Assembly (NCBI GenBank): GCA_964057225.1
Contig: OZ059896.1
Span: 17,484,001-17,548,000, forward strand
Origin: Auanema rhodensis
Taxonomy: Eukaryota > Animalia > Nematoda
Direction of reading: 5' to 3'
Length of the DNA: 64,000 bases
Shown here: one piece after another, positions 13,601-27,127 of the stretch
Layout of the letters: each line of letters starts with the position of its first letter
Position numbering within the stretch: position 1 is the stretch's first letter
Notes under the pieces: model-generated
What the model was told of the DNA's origin: nothing
Seen by the model: the letters and a program-made list of their open reading frames with translations, nothing else
Database searches by the model: none
Position numbers and translations under genes: made by a program

Positions 13601-16600
13601 TCCATTAATCGAGACAACAGCCAAGGAAAACTAACAAATCATAGGTAATTTTCCTAATAATCGTCCTAAAGCTAAGCAACTATATTTCATTTTTGGTCTT
13701 TTTTTCTCTAATATTTACTTCACTTTCTCTTGCTTTTGCTTTCTCTCTCTCTCTCTGTGTTATGCTTTTGATTTCTCTTCAAAAACCCGCAATTTCCTTG
13801 TCTCCCTTTCAATCTCTCCCTCTCTATCAATTGACGTCTCCTATTCTCAATTTCTCTTTTCTCTCTTTATAGTATTACTCTTGTGATATGAGCAGAAGCA
13901 AATTTTTGAAGAAAAATAGATATACTTACTAGAATGTTTATTCCACTATACTTTATACCAAATATTGAGACGTTTAAGATGTACAGAATAAGAAAAATAT
14001 AAAAAATATTCATGCAAATAATTGTTTTTGAACTCAAATTGATAAGTTGTACGTAGAATTTTATAAATTTCGTAAAATTATTAGTTTTTTCAACGTTTTA
14101 TATATGAATTATTCTGAATTTTTCAATTTTTTAAAGTAATGTTAGATGTTGGTTACGTAAAATCCATAGTATTCTGAATGTTATTCATTAATTTCCCTCT
14201 GCTTCCAAAAAATAACTGGTAAATCCTAAGGAAAGGCCAAGCTTAGGCCGACCTTATTTGTTAAATATTGTTCCATTTCCATCAACAGATGTTCTTCGTT
14301 TTCAAAGAAAAACATGAATTCTCCTTTTACTTCTTCTGCTCATGATGATCAAGCATGTCGTCTACGACATACACGGCGCCATTGCTGATGCTGATGATAT
14401 TGAAGAAGAGAGGGAGAGACCCAGACAGTGTAGCGAACACAGAAGACATACGAAGAAGCTAGATTGCAAGAAGAGAGAAATGGGTATAGTAGGGAACATG
14501 AAGGTGGTCCCAGAGTAAATTGCACGTCATTAACAGGCATCGTGATCTCTTGTTCTGTCTCATACTCTCGTTTACTTCTTGTATGACATTGTGATTCATA
14601 CATATGTATGTATACTGGAGATTAAATAAAAAATGAAGAAGATTGGGGTGAAGAGAGGAAGTAGAATAGAAAGAGAGAGAAAGAACGTGAAAGTGTATAG
14701 AAAGAGATGTTTGATTCAAATATGTTTTGATGTTTCAGCTCAAATTCCTAATGTTTTGAATCATTTTTTTACATCAAAAGAAGGTCAACGTCATCTGAAG
14801 GATCAAATTTGATGCCACTGCTGGCTACATCTGTTCTTCATGATGCAGTGCCACGCTTCATGACAGCTCATTTTTGAGAATTCTTTTACGAGAAGCATAT
14901 TATGTCTTTTGATGTCTCATCTCTCGTATATGAAATGAATATTAATCGTTTTTCAAAAGCAAGTTTATACACATTTGCTTTTCATTCTGCATTTCCATCT
15001 CAGTTATATCTCGAACCTTAACTATGTATATATAATATTCAGTTTATGTTGTACATATGAGTTGATCATCGTCTTCTTTTCTCCTTTATGTATATTTTGA
15101 ACTTCATGTTCTTCGGTTTATACCTATAATATTATCATCATCCCCATCATTACATTTTCGTAATCTAACAGTTCTGCTGTTCAAATATAGTTTACTAATC
15201 ATACAACATCTAGAAAAGTTATTCCTTCACTACTTCATATAGATTATATTGAACAATGCAATTTTTTAATAAATTTTGGAATATAATGCTTTTTGAATAT
15301 CTGGACTGATTTTTAGAAATGGACGAATTTCTATCTTTTCTATCTTGTCTCAAAATCATAATTTCATATCCACCTCCCCACTCTCCTTCTCCTCTTCGTC
15401 CTACTCCTCCTCCTCCTCCTCTTCATCATCATCAGCATCATCATCAAACTTTTCAAACTTTCTAATAAGTATAATAAGTTATCATAGTTTTATATAAAAA
15501 TAAATTGTCATGATTTTGTAAAATTTTATTTAGTTTCAAATTAGAAAATCTTGAGTTCTCATTTGAATGAAAAAGGAGGAAGTGATCGTTTTTTGATTCC
15601 AGTATTCCGACATCTAATCAGGCTTGTCGCTGGCCGAGAAAGCACACTTGAACTTTATCTCACTTCAGTAAAGAAGTTCGTCCTAGCCCTCGATCTCTCG
15701 CAGAGTAGTATAAGGGATGTTTTTAAGAATTTATAAGAGTTTTCTTCTTCTTTCCCGTTCATTGGCAGACATATGAATTGAATTCACTTTTCACTTTTAC
15801 TAAAATCAAAAATACACACGCATCTCACAGATGTCGCAGAGGTTGTCTGAAATAACATACACTTGTACATATCTTCAGACGAAATTGACATCTATTTGAG
15901 CTTTTTCTATTCAATTTTAAGCATTTTGTCCTTTTCTATTGAGATTAATACATATTTTTAAATATTTCAATTTACTAAAATAAGAATAAAACACTAAAGA
16001 AATGATCATTTTGCTTCCATTTATCTCTTCTACATTAAATCTCCGAATTACATAATTTAATTTAATAAGCGGAAGTTGTCTTCTTGAATTTTCTGTACTT
16101 TCTTTGTTAAATTAATTGGTTTTTATTTAATTTTCTTATTAAAATGATTCTGGAATAAGTACATAATTGGATGAATATATCAGAGAGTGGATGAACAACG
16201 AACGACATGAAGCTAACAGCAAAGAAGGTGGAATCTGCTGCAAACTTGCTTCATCTTTTGAGAGAGAAACAGAGAAATAGAGAAGAAAGAATCTGAAAAA
16301 TTGTTTAAATTCAGTATGATTTTTGTTTTTTTCACTTTAAGTGAATTCGGTACACGCTGTATGGCCTGTGCTGAAATATCTGGAAAGTTGTATTAGAACT
16401 TGATATACGTTTTGAAATATTTGATTCATCTAAGCAAAAATGTCGACTGGATTCGTCATAGAATCATTGTCAGCTTCATCTTCATCATAATCATCATCAT
16501 CATCATTTCGGGTCGGATGTTTGCTTCAGCTATGGCCATGGAGCAAATGTAGTGAAAGAGAGATGAGATGCTTGTTTGAATCAAAAAAGGTGAATAGGAT

Positions 16601-17588
16601 GACGCAAAACTAGGGAGGAGGCAGATAGTAGAAAAAGGGAGGGTGGAGTGAATGAGCTCAAGCTGAGCCCGAAATATGTACGGACGAAGAAGAACCTCAT
16701 CATCTGGCTCAGGTCATCACTATCCTCATCATAATCCTCGTTCTTCGCTTTCCTTTCTTTTTCTTTTTCTTGTTTCTCCTCCCATTCCTGATCCTTTTTT
16801 TTTCGTTTTTGTCACTCTTGCCGTCATTGCTTTTCGAACTCCTTCAGTCGGAACCACGTCGGCTTGTGATATTGAATTCGCTTTAGTAAGTTACTCATAC
16901 TTATGCCATTTATATTACTACTACCTCGTGGTATATGAGATCTCTGCCATTCTCTCTTCCTATCTCATGCTCTTATTTTCTCTCTCTCTCTTCCTACATT
17001 CTTCTTAAACGTCATCTCATCCATCAGGCTCAAAACTCCATATTTTCTTTTCTCTTGCCTTTGCCGTCGTTCTTTTATCATTCTTCATGTGAATCCGCTG
17101 TTCTCATTCTTTTTTCTTTTCTTTTTTTTTAATTTGTTACCAGCACTTTTTTTCTTTCTCTCTTTATCTCTCAATATATCCTATGGATCGCATTCAACTT
17201 AAAACTTGTCAATTTCTGCCCTGAATATGGTATTTCGTAACTAAATCCTTATTTCTTTTTCGTATGAAATTACTTCATTATTCAACAGATTCCTATATTC
17301 AATTCAACTATGTTTCGTGAAAAGACGAAGACGCTTAAGCTCTTATTCAAGAAAAAGGCTACTTCCTCATTCAAGCATATTCAAACTTTCAATTTTTTAT
17401 TCTGTAAGACCATAATACTTGATCTCTTCAAGTTCAAACCTACTTTCCTTGTACATTTCTAATAAAATGGAAAGAATATTTTATTAATTGTTGAGAATAA
17501 TTGTCTGATGATCATGTACAATAATTCAGAAAGTTATATATATTAATCTCTCCATCATTACATCATAGAACATCATATATCATATTAT

Positions 17589-17628
17589 CTCTATCCTTCT
17601 CTCTCTCTCTATCCTTCTCTCTCTCTAT

Positions 17629-17682
<54 letters not shown>
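17589..17682. repeat. Interrupted (CT)n microsatellite
   Basis: Three CTCT-ATCCTT units followed by more than 20 uninterrupted CT dimers. Confidence 0.95.
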
Positions 17683-17686
<4 letters not shown>

Positions 17687-19316
17687 CTACTCCTTTTTTC
17701 GGATCACTTTTCACTATTTTTAGATTTTCGACTGTTTTACAAGCTTTGTCGTTAAGAGCTATGTCATCTAATAAGCCTTAAATTTCATAGATGATGTTTC
17801 CTTTTTTCTTTGTTCTCTGATTCTCTACATACACTCTCTTTCCCTCTGTCTCTCTTCAAATATTCTCTCTTGATATCTTTCTTAAATTCATAATTATTAA
17901 CTGAATATTTGAAAACGCAAACTTCTCAATAAACTTTTAATTTATCCTTGAATGCATTGAATGAAAACTTGTTGTTCTTCATTATTCTAAGAACATTCGA
18001 AGAACATGAAATTATTAAAATGAAAGCTTCAGACTTTCTAATTTCTTTTTTTTTTCAAATTACTATATGAATAATAAAATATTAAATTTATTAATTATTA
18101 TTAATCATATGATTATCTGTTTTAATTATTCTATTATTTCAAATTAATATTCAAATCTTATTATGTCTTCTGTAACTATTTGTTACATTTTTAATTTTTT
18201 TTTCAAATAGTTTTAAATTAAATTCAACTTTATTATGTTCTTTCCACGCTTCTTGTACTTCTTTGCTATAATGAACGTTAAAAAATCATCGGACAAAGTG
18301 AGGGAGAACGAGAGGTGTACATGTGCATATGTACATATATAAAGGAAGGAAAAACACCCTCAGGGCATATTAAAGAGACGACACCTCCTCCTCACTCTTG
18401 AACTCTTTTTCATGGCAGACAGATTTGTTTTGTAAATTGCTGTTTATGCAACACAATAGGAGTTTGTTCTTGTTTTTGTATGATTTATGGACTGCTAGAT
18501 GAGTATTATTATTCTTCTCCTTTTCTTCTTTCTCATGTCCTGACTTTCATAGACTCTAGTTTGCAGATAATTTCATTTTCTTTTGGACAAAACTTCCAAC
18601 TCGCCAAGCTTTTTCTTTTTTTTCGTTTTTATTGCATCTTCATGAAGGTGAAGCTTCTTCGTCATCTTTTAAATGTGTTTGAATGATCTGAACTTAATTT
18701 GAACTTCATTTTTTCATTTTGAAAGTTATTACTTCTTTATTTATATTTTTTTCGTTTTTATCGTCTTCGTGTTTAAAAATTCAAATTATATTGTATGTTC
18801 ATTTATCAAATTATCTTCCGAATACTATTTCTCTCACAATCTAAAGAAAAAAATAAAATGAGAAGAGAGACACATACACAGACACATGTACACACATATA
18901 TGTACATAGATATACTAGATAGACACATCAGTATAGTGAAGAGCTGTTACATCACCATCTCAATCATCATCCTCATCATCACCATCATCATCATCGATAT
19001 TATATATAGTTAACAAGAGATATTTCTTCTTCTTTTTTTTTTTTAATTTCCTCTCAAGTTACCCAATACTCCTTTACCACCTCCCCCACCCTTTTTCTCT
19101 CTCTCTTAATCAATTCATTGTCTTTTTTATCTATTCATATTTTTCTAAAATTTACTCATGAAATATCGGCTGTGATGTGCGCTATTTCATTTGTTTATTT
19201 TAAAATAAACTTGTTTTTAGCTATTTCTTTTTCCTATAAATTTCTTTTAAATATTTTTTTTTCCTTTTTTCTATTCTCTTTTAACTCACGTGTACCAAAA
19301 AACTGTTTGTTTCCAT

Positions 19317-19349
19317 TTCTTCTTCTTCTTCTTCTTCTTCTTCTTCTTC
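19317..19349. repeat. (TTC)n microsatellite
   Basis: About 11 perfect trinucleotide units. They explain the poly-F/poly-L ORFs in the track. Confidence 0.9.
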
Positions 19350-19530
19350 ATGCTTTATTTTAATTCTTGCTCATTTTGCTTTTGGGCTGAAAGAGAGAAG
19401 AAAGTTTATTTTATTTTTTATTTTTCTTTTCTTATTCTCGTTGGTATCTCTATGTATATATATATATTGAAAAGTTAAATATTCCGTTATCATAACATCA
19501 TCATATTTTTAAAAAAAATATAATTTTCAG

Positions 19531-20987
19531 ATGGTATCGAACGAAACATGTATACTACAACTATCAGATGTGGATGATCTACGTATGGTACTCATTGTCA
19601 TTTTAGGATCATCAGTTTCATTATTAGGTAATAATATCATTTATTTCGTTTTTTTCCATTCCATCTCTTGGTTCTTTCCTCTCTCTATCTCTCTCTCTCT
19701 ATTTCTCTCTGTTTCCTTCTTGGAAACTATACACATATATTATAAACTACATTGCAAAATTATATGAAGAAGAATGAGATTTGATGTTTTTAAAATCAAT
19801 GATTATGCTAATTAGCTCTTTTATGTATGCTCACGTGTTCACGTGTATCCTGACTTCATGCCTTATTTTTCTTGCAAAGCATCATCTAAGCGGTTGCAAA
19901 ATCTTAATCTAAAACATTCACCAAAATAGATAAAAGATCATTTTTCTTAAAATAAAATACAGAAAAATGAAAATAATATCATAAAATTAATTTAATTTCT
20001 CGTAGGCGTCATTCTCAATTCGTTCCTGCTACTCTCATTTTATCGTCTTCCGGTCTTCCATTCAAATCTACTGTACCTGTTTCTTCTAGCAATATGTGAC
20101 ATACTTGTAGAAATTTGCTTTGTGGTCAGTTTTTCAGAATATTTTAATTATTATCAAGATATTTTTCATTATTCTTCTTTAATTATATGTATATTTTAGT
20201 TGATATTTGTGTGTTCAACACTTTGGGATTATTATCGAATATACCCCTTGTTCGTAGTCTGGCATTATTACATTCGGGTTGTATCCACAGCTGGACAGGT
20301 ATGCTCAGTTTAAATGATTACAAATAATTTTATAACATATAATATAATTATGTATATTATTATTATTATTATTATTATTATAGGTATTGATAGCTTCATC
20401 AACGTTACTCATCGTAGCAGCTTCATTTGAACGATATATTTGTTCATTAAGCGGATATGCAGGATTTTCTGATCGACAGCGTTTTTCCGCTGTTGGTGTA
20501 GTTTTCTTATCAGCCTTAATAATGAAAGTGAGTGTGTTGAAAAGAAATTATTATAACATATTCTAATGTTAGGGAACTGTATTTGTTGAATTGGAATTGG
20601 AACATTACCCAGATTGTCCACCATTTGCTGATCTTCAGCTTGGCTTATCATCGATAACCAAAATGTAATTTATTTTAATTATTTAATTTTGATTTAAAAT
20701 ATTTTTTAGTGAAAGTTATCGTTTGATATGGATGTTCTGGGGACGTAGTATACTAACTGTTATAGTACCATTCAAACTTCTTTTATTTCTAAATGCAGCA
20801 ACCATATCAAATCTGAATAAATCTTCAAGAGATTTTGAAAGTGTTTTAGTAGAGGTGAGTCATATATTTTATATGTAATCAGTTATCATATAATAAGAAT
20901 ATAAGAGATGAAAACAGATTATGCATGAAATTCGTTCCACTCTTCTTCTGTTTTTTTTATTTCATACCTCTATCACTACCTCTATCA

Positions 20988-21035
<48 letters not shown>

Positions 21036-21890
21036 ATCTATTTATCTTTACTTCTTATGATACTATCAGAAGTTAAATTCAGATGTGCAGCGGTAATATA
21101 GTACGGGTAAGATAAAATAGTAAATTAATAATAGGATGTTGCTTAAAACCTGCATATATAATTCTAGAAAAGTTTATTATTCATGCAGTATTTGAATAGT
21201 TAAAGCTACACCCGCATGACTATGAGTAATCTTTTGATTCTTAAGATACACCTGCACACGCAGAGTTTTCAGATATGTTAGATAGTTTAATATAATGCCT
21301 GTCGGAGTGACTTTGTAGTTTTTACTGTTTGTTTACCCTTCATTTTTCCTTCTTTCCTATCCCTTTTTTGAATGTAATATTGAACTATGATGTAGGTACA
21401 ACTTGATTCTATAATTTAACTTGTTTCAGCAAATGCCATCACTGCTGAGAGCCAATAACGAAGCTTCATCAGCTAGACGACGTAAACGAGATGCAACTCG
21501 TACATTGACAGCTATTGTCTCTATTTATCTGATTACAAACCTCATCAATATCATCATAACAAGCGTCGAATTTGTTGATGCAAATTTGTTAACCATTGGT
21601 GGAGGATTGCCATATCGGTTAGTTAATCAAACATTTTCAAAGAAAACGTATCATTTTTATCCAAAAACAAATGATCTAACCTCTCCATGGTTATCAGCTT
21701 TACACTTAAATTTAACTAATCTTATTTCAGATACTTATCCGATTTATCATCGTTACTTACAATATCATCAACTGCTGTTCGTCTTCCTGTTTATTTTCAT
21801 TGTAATCAAGATATGCGAGAGCAAATTCGACAAAATGCTCGAGCATGCTTCACAAAAGAAACTTTGAAAGAAGTTGGAGAACCCATCTAA
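19531..21890 (+). CDS. Rhodopsin-family (class A) 7TM neuropeptide GPCR, FMRFamide-receptor-like, about 8 exons
   Basis: The ATG follows TTTTCAG directly. The spliced product has an N-terminal NET sequon, TM1 GVILN, TM2 LYLFLLAICDILV, TM3 end AASFERY (DRY equivalent), an ECL2 Cys (HYPDCPPF), TM5 VIVPFKLLLFLN, RRRKRDATRTL before TM6 and TM7 TAVRLPVYFHCN. Stop TAA at 21890; an alternative last exon is possible. Confidence 0.9.
20991..21031. repeat. (TC)20 microsatellite in a GPCR intron
   Basis: Perfect dinucleotide run. Confidence 0.95.
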
Positions 21891-24415
21891 GTGATTAGCT
21901 GCAAACTACATCAATGTTTCATTCTTATAACATTGAAAGATCATCTTTTATGTATTCATCTTATATAACCATATTTATTCTATAACTTATTACAAATTTT
22001 TTCTTTTCTTTTTATTTCTCCAAAATAGCAGCTAAATATAATTTTTTCTTCGTCCCACGGGTTTGATCAGAAAAAAAATAAAAGAAGAAGCTCATGTAAA
22101 CTTAAAACCCCCAAATTTTATTTATCTGTCAACTAACTTCTAACTTTAAATAATTTAATCTTCTTTGAACTTAAAGCTTTTTTTCCCAACTTTTTAGACG
22201 AAAAAGCCTTTCGGAGATTACGAAAGATGTCATCCAACTTGCTCATTTGAATAATGCTGCTTTAGTTTTATGCAGCGCGAACCTAATTTACGACAAAATT
22301 CAAATATTTCATAAATTCGCTGTCAAAATACAACTCGTTACCTTTTCAATTGCATGTTTATTGTAAATATTATCATCAATTAATTGTTGTTTAATCAGAA
22401 AATCTATCTTATTGGCTCTCATCAACCTCCTTTCTCTTTACCCAAAGTTATCAAATACAAGATTTTACCATAGTTATGTGATGAAGGAACTTTTCATAAC
22501 TAGGTGGATTAGTGGACATATATGTATGTATACCCGTTGAAATTTCATTTCATCTTCTGTTCTGTCATTCAAAATCTCAATTCCTTATTATTATTTTCTT
22601 TAATTATGAATCAATTGATAAGTTATATCTTTCTCTGAGTATTGTTTAACAAAATCTCAGGATCTCATATACGCTCCTGGTCATTGAATGCTTCGTTTAT
22701 TAATAAAAAATTAATCTTTTATATTTGTTTATCAGAAATAAATGAAAAATATATAAATTATTTAAAATTTAGAGATTTTTGAGATCTGTTTCGTTGATAT
22801 ATAGTCATCTGAAATCATATAAACAGTATAATTAAGAATAATAATGTGTTAATATATATATTCTTGACAACAACTAATTGAAAAAAAACAAACAAACAAA
22901 CAAACAAGCATAAATACATCATCAATATGTTTTTAACATTTTCTTTTATATATCAATATCGACTAATGACATCTAATGTTCCTACATGCATACCCATACA
23001 TCTAACATGTGACAACTGTTAGCATAAGGTTTGTTCTATCTAACAGACAGTTGATAAAAAAATTTTCACAGCATCAAAGCTGATAAATTGTGTGTTGAAT
23101 ATAAAAGAAGAAAGACTATATTATCTCTCTCATACATGTGTGTGTGTGAAACTTGTCTGAGCTCTACCGCTGTACTAGGGGGATGATTACGATGAAAAGA
23201 AAACGAACGAAGCATCTTTCGCATGTTTAATTCGGTGCACAGAAAGAGGGATAGAAACTGAAAAAGAAAAAGAAAAAGAGAGAGAGTCTCGCTTTTGCCG
23301 ACACCTGACGTCGAGAAAAGTGTCATCGTGTCCAGCCAGATCGAAATGCATCGATGATACTTGTCATGCTGCTGCTCGTGTTGTGAGGATGTGTATTGGA
23401 ATGTATGCGGGTGTACATGTGCTTACCTTAGCTTTTCAGCAACATATTAGCTTAACTTCGTTAGCATAACATTAAAATTTTGCTTAGATAGATAAATAAC
23501 AGATTTCTAAATGTCTTCTTGGCTTTATCATATTCGTTGTCCGTCTGCTACATCTTAAATCGTCTGTCGTCTATTCTATCTTTCTATCCCCATCAGTATT
23601 TCCTTTTTTTCATTTTATGTTTCAAAGTAAGTTTCCGTTTGTTTTTGTATCTCGGAAAACACGGGAGAGGTTTCTTCAGATTCTCCATTTACGCCTGAAC
23701 ATTGCTCCGTTTACTTCCTTTCTCGTTTATTCACTACATTCTTTCTTTCCTACTTTTATCTTGATTTTCTTCTATTTAGATGAGTAAGTTTCTTGAATAA
23801 AGTCTTAACTTCTTCACATCTTTAAACAAAACGTCTGCTGCATTCATACATTCAGTTTCATCTTTATTCTTTTACAATTATCACCAATCGAAATGCATCT
23901 TATATCTATTATTTCTATACTATTTTGAAATCAATTATAAATCTTAATAATTTTAATATTAAAAATATTATAACATAAAATATTTTGCTTGTTGTTTATA
24001 TACTTGAGCTGTTTTCACGTACACGTGAACTTACCCGTGAGACTTATAAACCATTTTGCATGATAACTTTGTCAAACATGGTGCCATATTCTTTTCTTTT
24101 TTTTCAAACAATTAAGTGATAGCATAGCTTTTTGCTTCTTGCTTCAACAGCAGGTTTAATTATGATAAAATGCTCCTAAGTTCTCCGAATATCTGCATCA
24201 GTTTAGATATTCAGCTCACAACTCTTTGTTCTATTACAAGAGTTGTCGTATTATGTTATAATCTAACCAGTAGTAAATAACAAAAAAATCAAATAGTTTC
24301 ACATTATTTTCATGTTTAGCACAACAGAATGTATTGCCATTTGCTTTAATTTGTTGGCCAAACAATTTGTATAAGAATAAAATTAAAATTGCTCCACCGT
24401 GGATGGCATATAACC

Positions 24416-24428
24416 TATAAATATATAA

Positions 24429-24467
<39 letters not shown>

Positions 24468-24473
24468 AAGAAA

Positions 24474-24504
<31 letters not shown>

Positions 24505-24530
24505 TAGATACATAGATAGATATATATAGA
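24416..24530. repeat. Compound microsatellite (TA)n-(GA)n-(GATA)n
   Basis: Directly visible successive repeat blocks. Confidence 0.95.
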
Positions 24531-27127
24531 AAGATATTTGCAAAATGAGATTAAGTTGCTTGTTGCCGCTGTTTACGAGAAGACGATTTTTAATCAGTTT
24601 TTGCCGTTGTATTCATGAACAAACAGGATAGTTCGTTCTCTTCGCTTTTTCGTCATCCCACCTCCCTCTTACTCTCTTATATTTTCAATTTCAAAATATT
24701 TATAATCATACTTATATGAAAACTCGTTATATGCATCTGAATTAACATATCTAATGTATTTTTCTTGTCCTTGATGCTTCATTCGCTGCTCACAAATGCA
24801 AGCCACGTCTCCCTCTCTCTCTCTATTATTTCCTCAATCTTCTCTCTATAACATTGTTTCTTTTGCTCTCCCTCTTCGTCTTTTTCATCAGCCTTCGTCA
24901 TCTTTTGACAATCTTCGTTGTCGTCTCCACAAGCTGCCTAATCTGTTCCTCCTACTCCGCACACTCCCACCCCTCCTCCCATCTACCACACCATCCTGAC
25001 CTTCTTCTTGCCATGTTGCTGTACCCATCGCCGTATGTTGTCTACGGCTGTGACATGCGTTCTGATGCTACTAACCGTCATCAACTAAACGCCATATGAT
25101 CCGTTTCCAAGCAGGCTCATCTCAGCTTTTCTTTCGTTGGATGTGAGACGGACACAAGAAATTTCCGATTCTCACGCCATGCAATCTCAACTAAGGCTAT
25201 GATTGCCTGAAGTTCATTTTCAACACAACACAATCATCTGTGATGTCCTTTCTGGGAGTTTTTACACTTCTTTGTCTCTATTCTATTGTCTAAGGGAAAT
25301 AACATCATGATACGCCGTTTTTTGATTCCTGATTATTCCTAGACTTATTCATGTCACTCTTAAAGTTTCAATCATTTTTTCCCTTCAAACTCTTTAACTT
25401 TTCAAATATAAAAAGTTTCAAATCATGTTCTTCCTATTCTTTAGCTATTCCTTTTGGCTTTCATAACTTAAAGGAAAAGTAAAACTTTAATTTTTCTATT
25501 TTTACTTTTCTTTTCTTTCAAATACTTCTCAAAAGTATTTTTATTCCACTATATATCATCATTTTATTTTCAATTGTTTTTCAATGTCTCAACTTCTCTT
25601 CTTGACATGTTGTTGCTTGGCTGTTCTTCTAAGTTTCAGCTCAAGACGAAGACAATGAAGGTACATGCATGTATGCTGGTCGCCAGACATTTTCCTATTT
25701 CTTTTTTCGGTTGCAATCACGTATTCAACCCCACCTTACTTGGTGTCCATGCGTGACAAAGCCTTTTAAAGCCTAATAGGCAGCTCAGGAGGTGACTATT
25801 GTTCAACATGAAACTCAGATTTCCGTTCATCTGATTCTTGGAGCGAAAAAATCAGAAATTGACGTCAATCGTGGGTTGCAAGCACTCTAACGGGCTTCTT
25901 TTTTCTAGCAACTTCTCTAGGAAACTATACAAAAAGCGATATTTACGTTCAAGTTATGAACAGAAAAACCGTGTCTATTCATCGTTCTGATTTTTCGACT
26001 TTGTTAGAACATGTTTGTTATTCTTCTCTTCATGCTTTCCTTGGATTCTCCGGACATTTTTGTGATTCATCTTGATTGCCTCAACTAAAATGTTAACGGG
26101 CACCAAATTAAATAACAAAAGCTTTTCACTCGAAATGTTGAAAAACTCGCTAAAAGAGTTGACACTGATCGCCCATCTGCACATGTTCTCAACCCAACCC
26201 AACCAACATAAAAAGCTTTTCATAGCAGTTGTGCTTGTCAGATTTTGATGAAACATCATCCGATTATTCTTATAGTTTTTTTGGAAATTACTTTCTACTG
26301 TTTTTCTTTGTTTCACCAGAATTGTTAGGATGTTTTTTATATTTTAAGAGCGGAAAAACGAATGGCTCAAACAGATCCAATCCTTTTATTTTTTTTCTCA
26401 TTCTCTGTTCACACTTCAATCAACCTTTCTAAACATTGTGCTTGCATCATCTTTCTTTCCTTCTTCCCTCTCCTGAATCTACCACATGTGTTCAACCACT
26501 AACAGAAATCTGTGTAGAAAAATATTTATTAATCCATGATTATCGCACTTTCTCTCGGAATTTCGTTTTATTTCAAATTATTTGCTCTTTAAAACTTAAA
26601 TCATTGATGTCATTTAAACCACAAAGAACTTTTTAAACCTTTTCTCATCAAACTTTTGTTCAAATCTCAGCTCAACATTTATATATATCTAAGATATATA
26701 TTTAATTATTGATTAGGTACTAACATTAATTCACAATTATTTGTGATTTGAATATTATTTTAAAAATTGTGTCTTTTCAAATTTCCAATTTTGTGAGAAA
26801 ATTCGCTTTATTTTGTAGAAAAGTGATAATTCCCTGTGCCGAACTGAGAAAGTATATTCTTTATTTCAACATATAAAGAACATATTTTTTTCTAATTCAT
26901 TTTAATATAAAGTAATAATACTTATTATTATTCTGTCATATTATAGTTTAATATAAATTAAAATATTTATAGTATTTTGTTTGACAAAAACTGCTACTGC
27001 CATCTGTCTCTATGCCAATTTTAAAGTTCAATGCTCGCTCTAACAGTATTGTTTGCTTCTTTTCTTCTATTTCGTTATTAATGTTTTGAGTTAATAAATT
27101 TAATTATATAAATATTTTTGTTTAAAG

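Noticed and set aside
8250-19478. Many 60-110 aa ORFs in the region upstream of the GPCR
   Set aside because: They come from (CT)n, (TTC)n and (ATC)n repeats and AT-rich DNA. I found no coherent exon chains or neuropeptide-precursor patterns.
21080-21260. Weak inverted-repeat pattern in a GPCR intron (possible MITE)
   Set aside because: The arms share only short 6-10 nt matches. No clear TIR or target-site duplication.
23397-23418. TGGAATGTA, identical to the 5' end of miR-1
   Set aside because: The rest of the sequence diverges and no convincing precursor hairpin forms.
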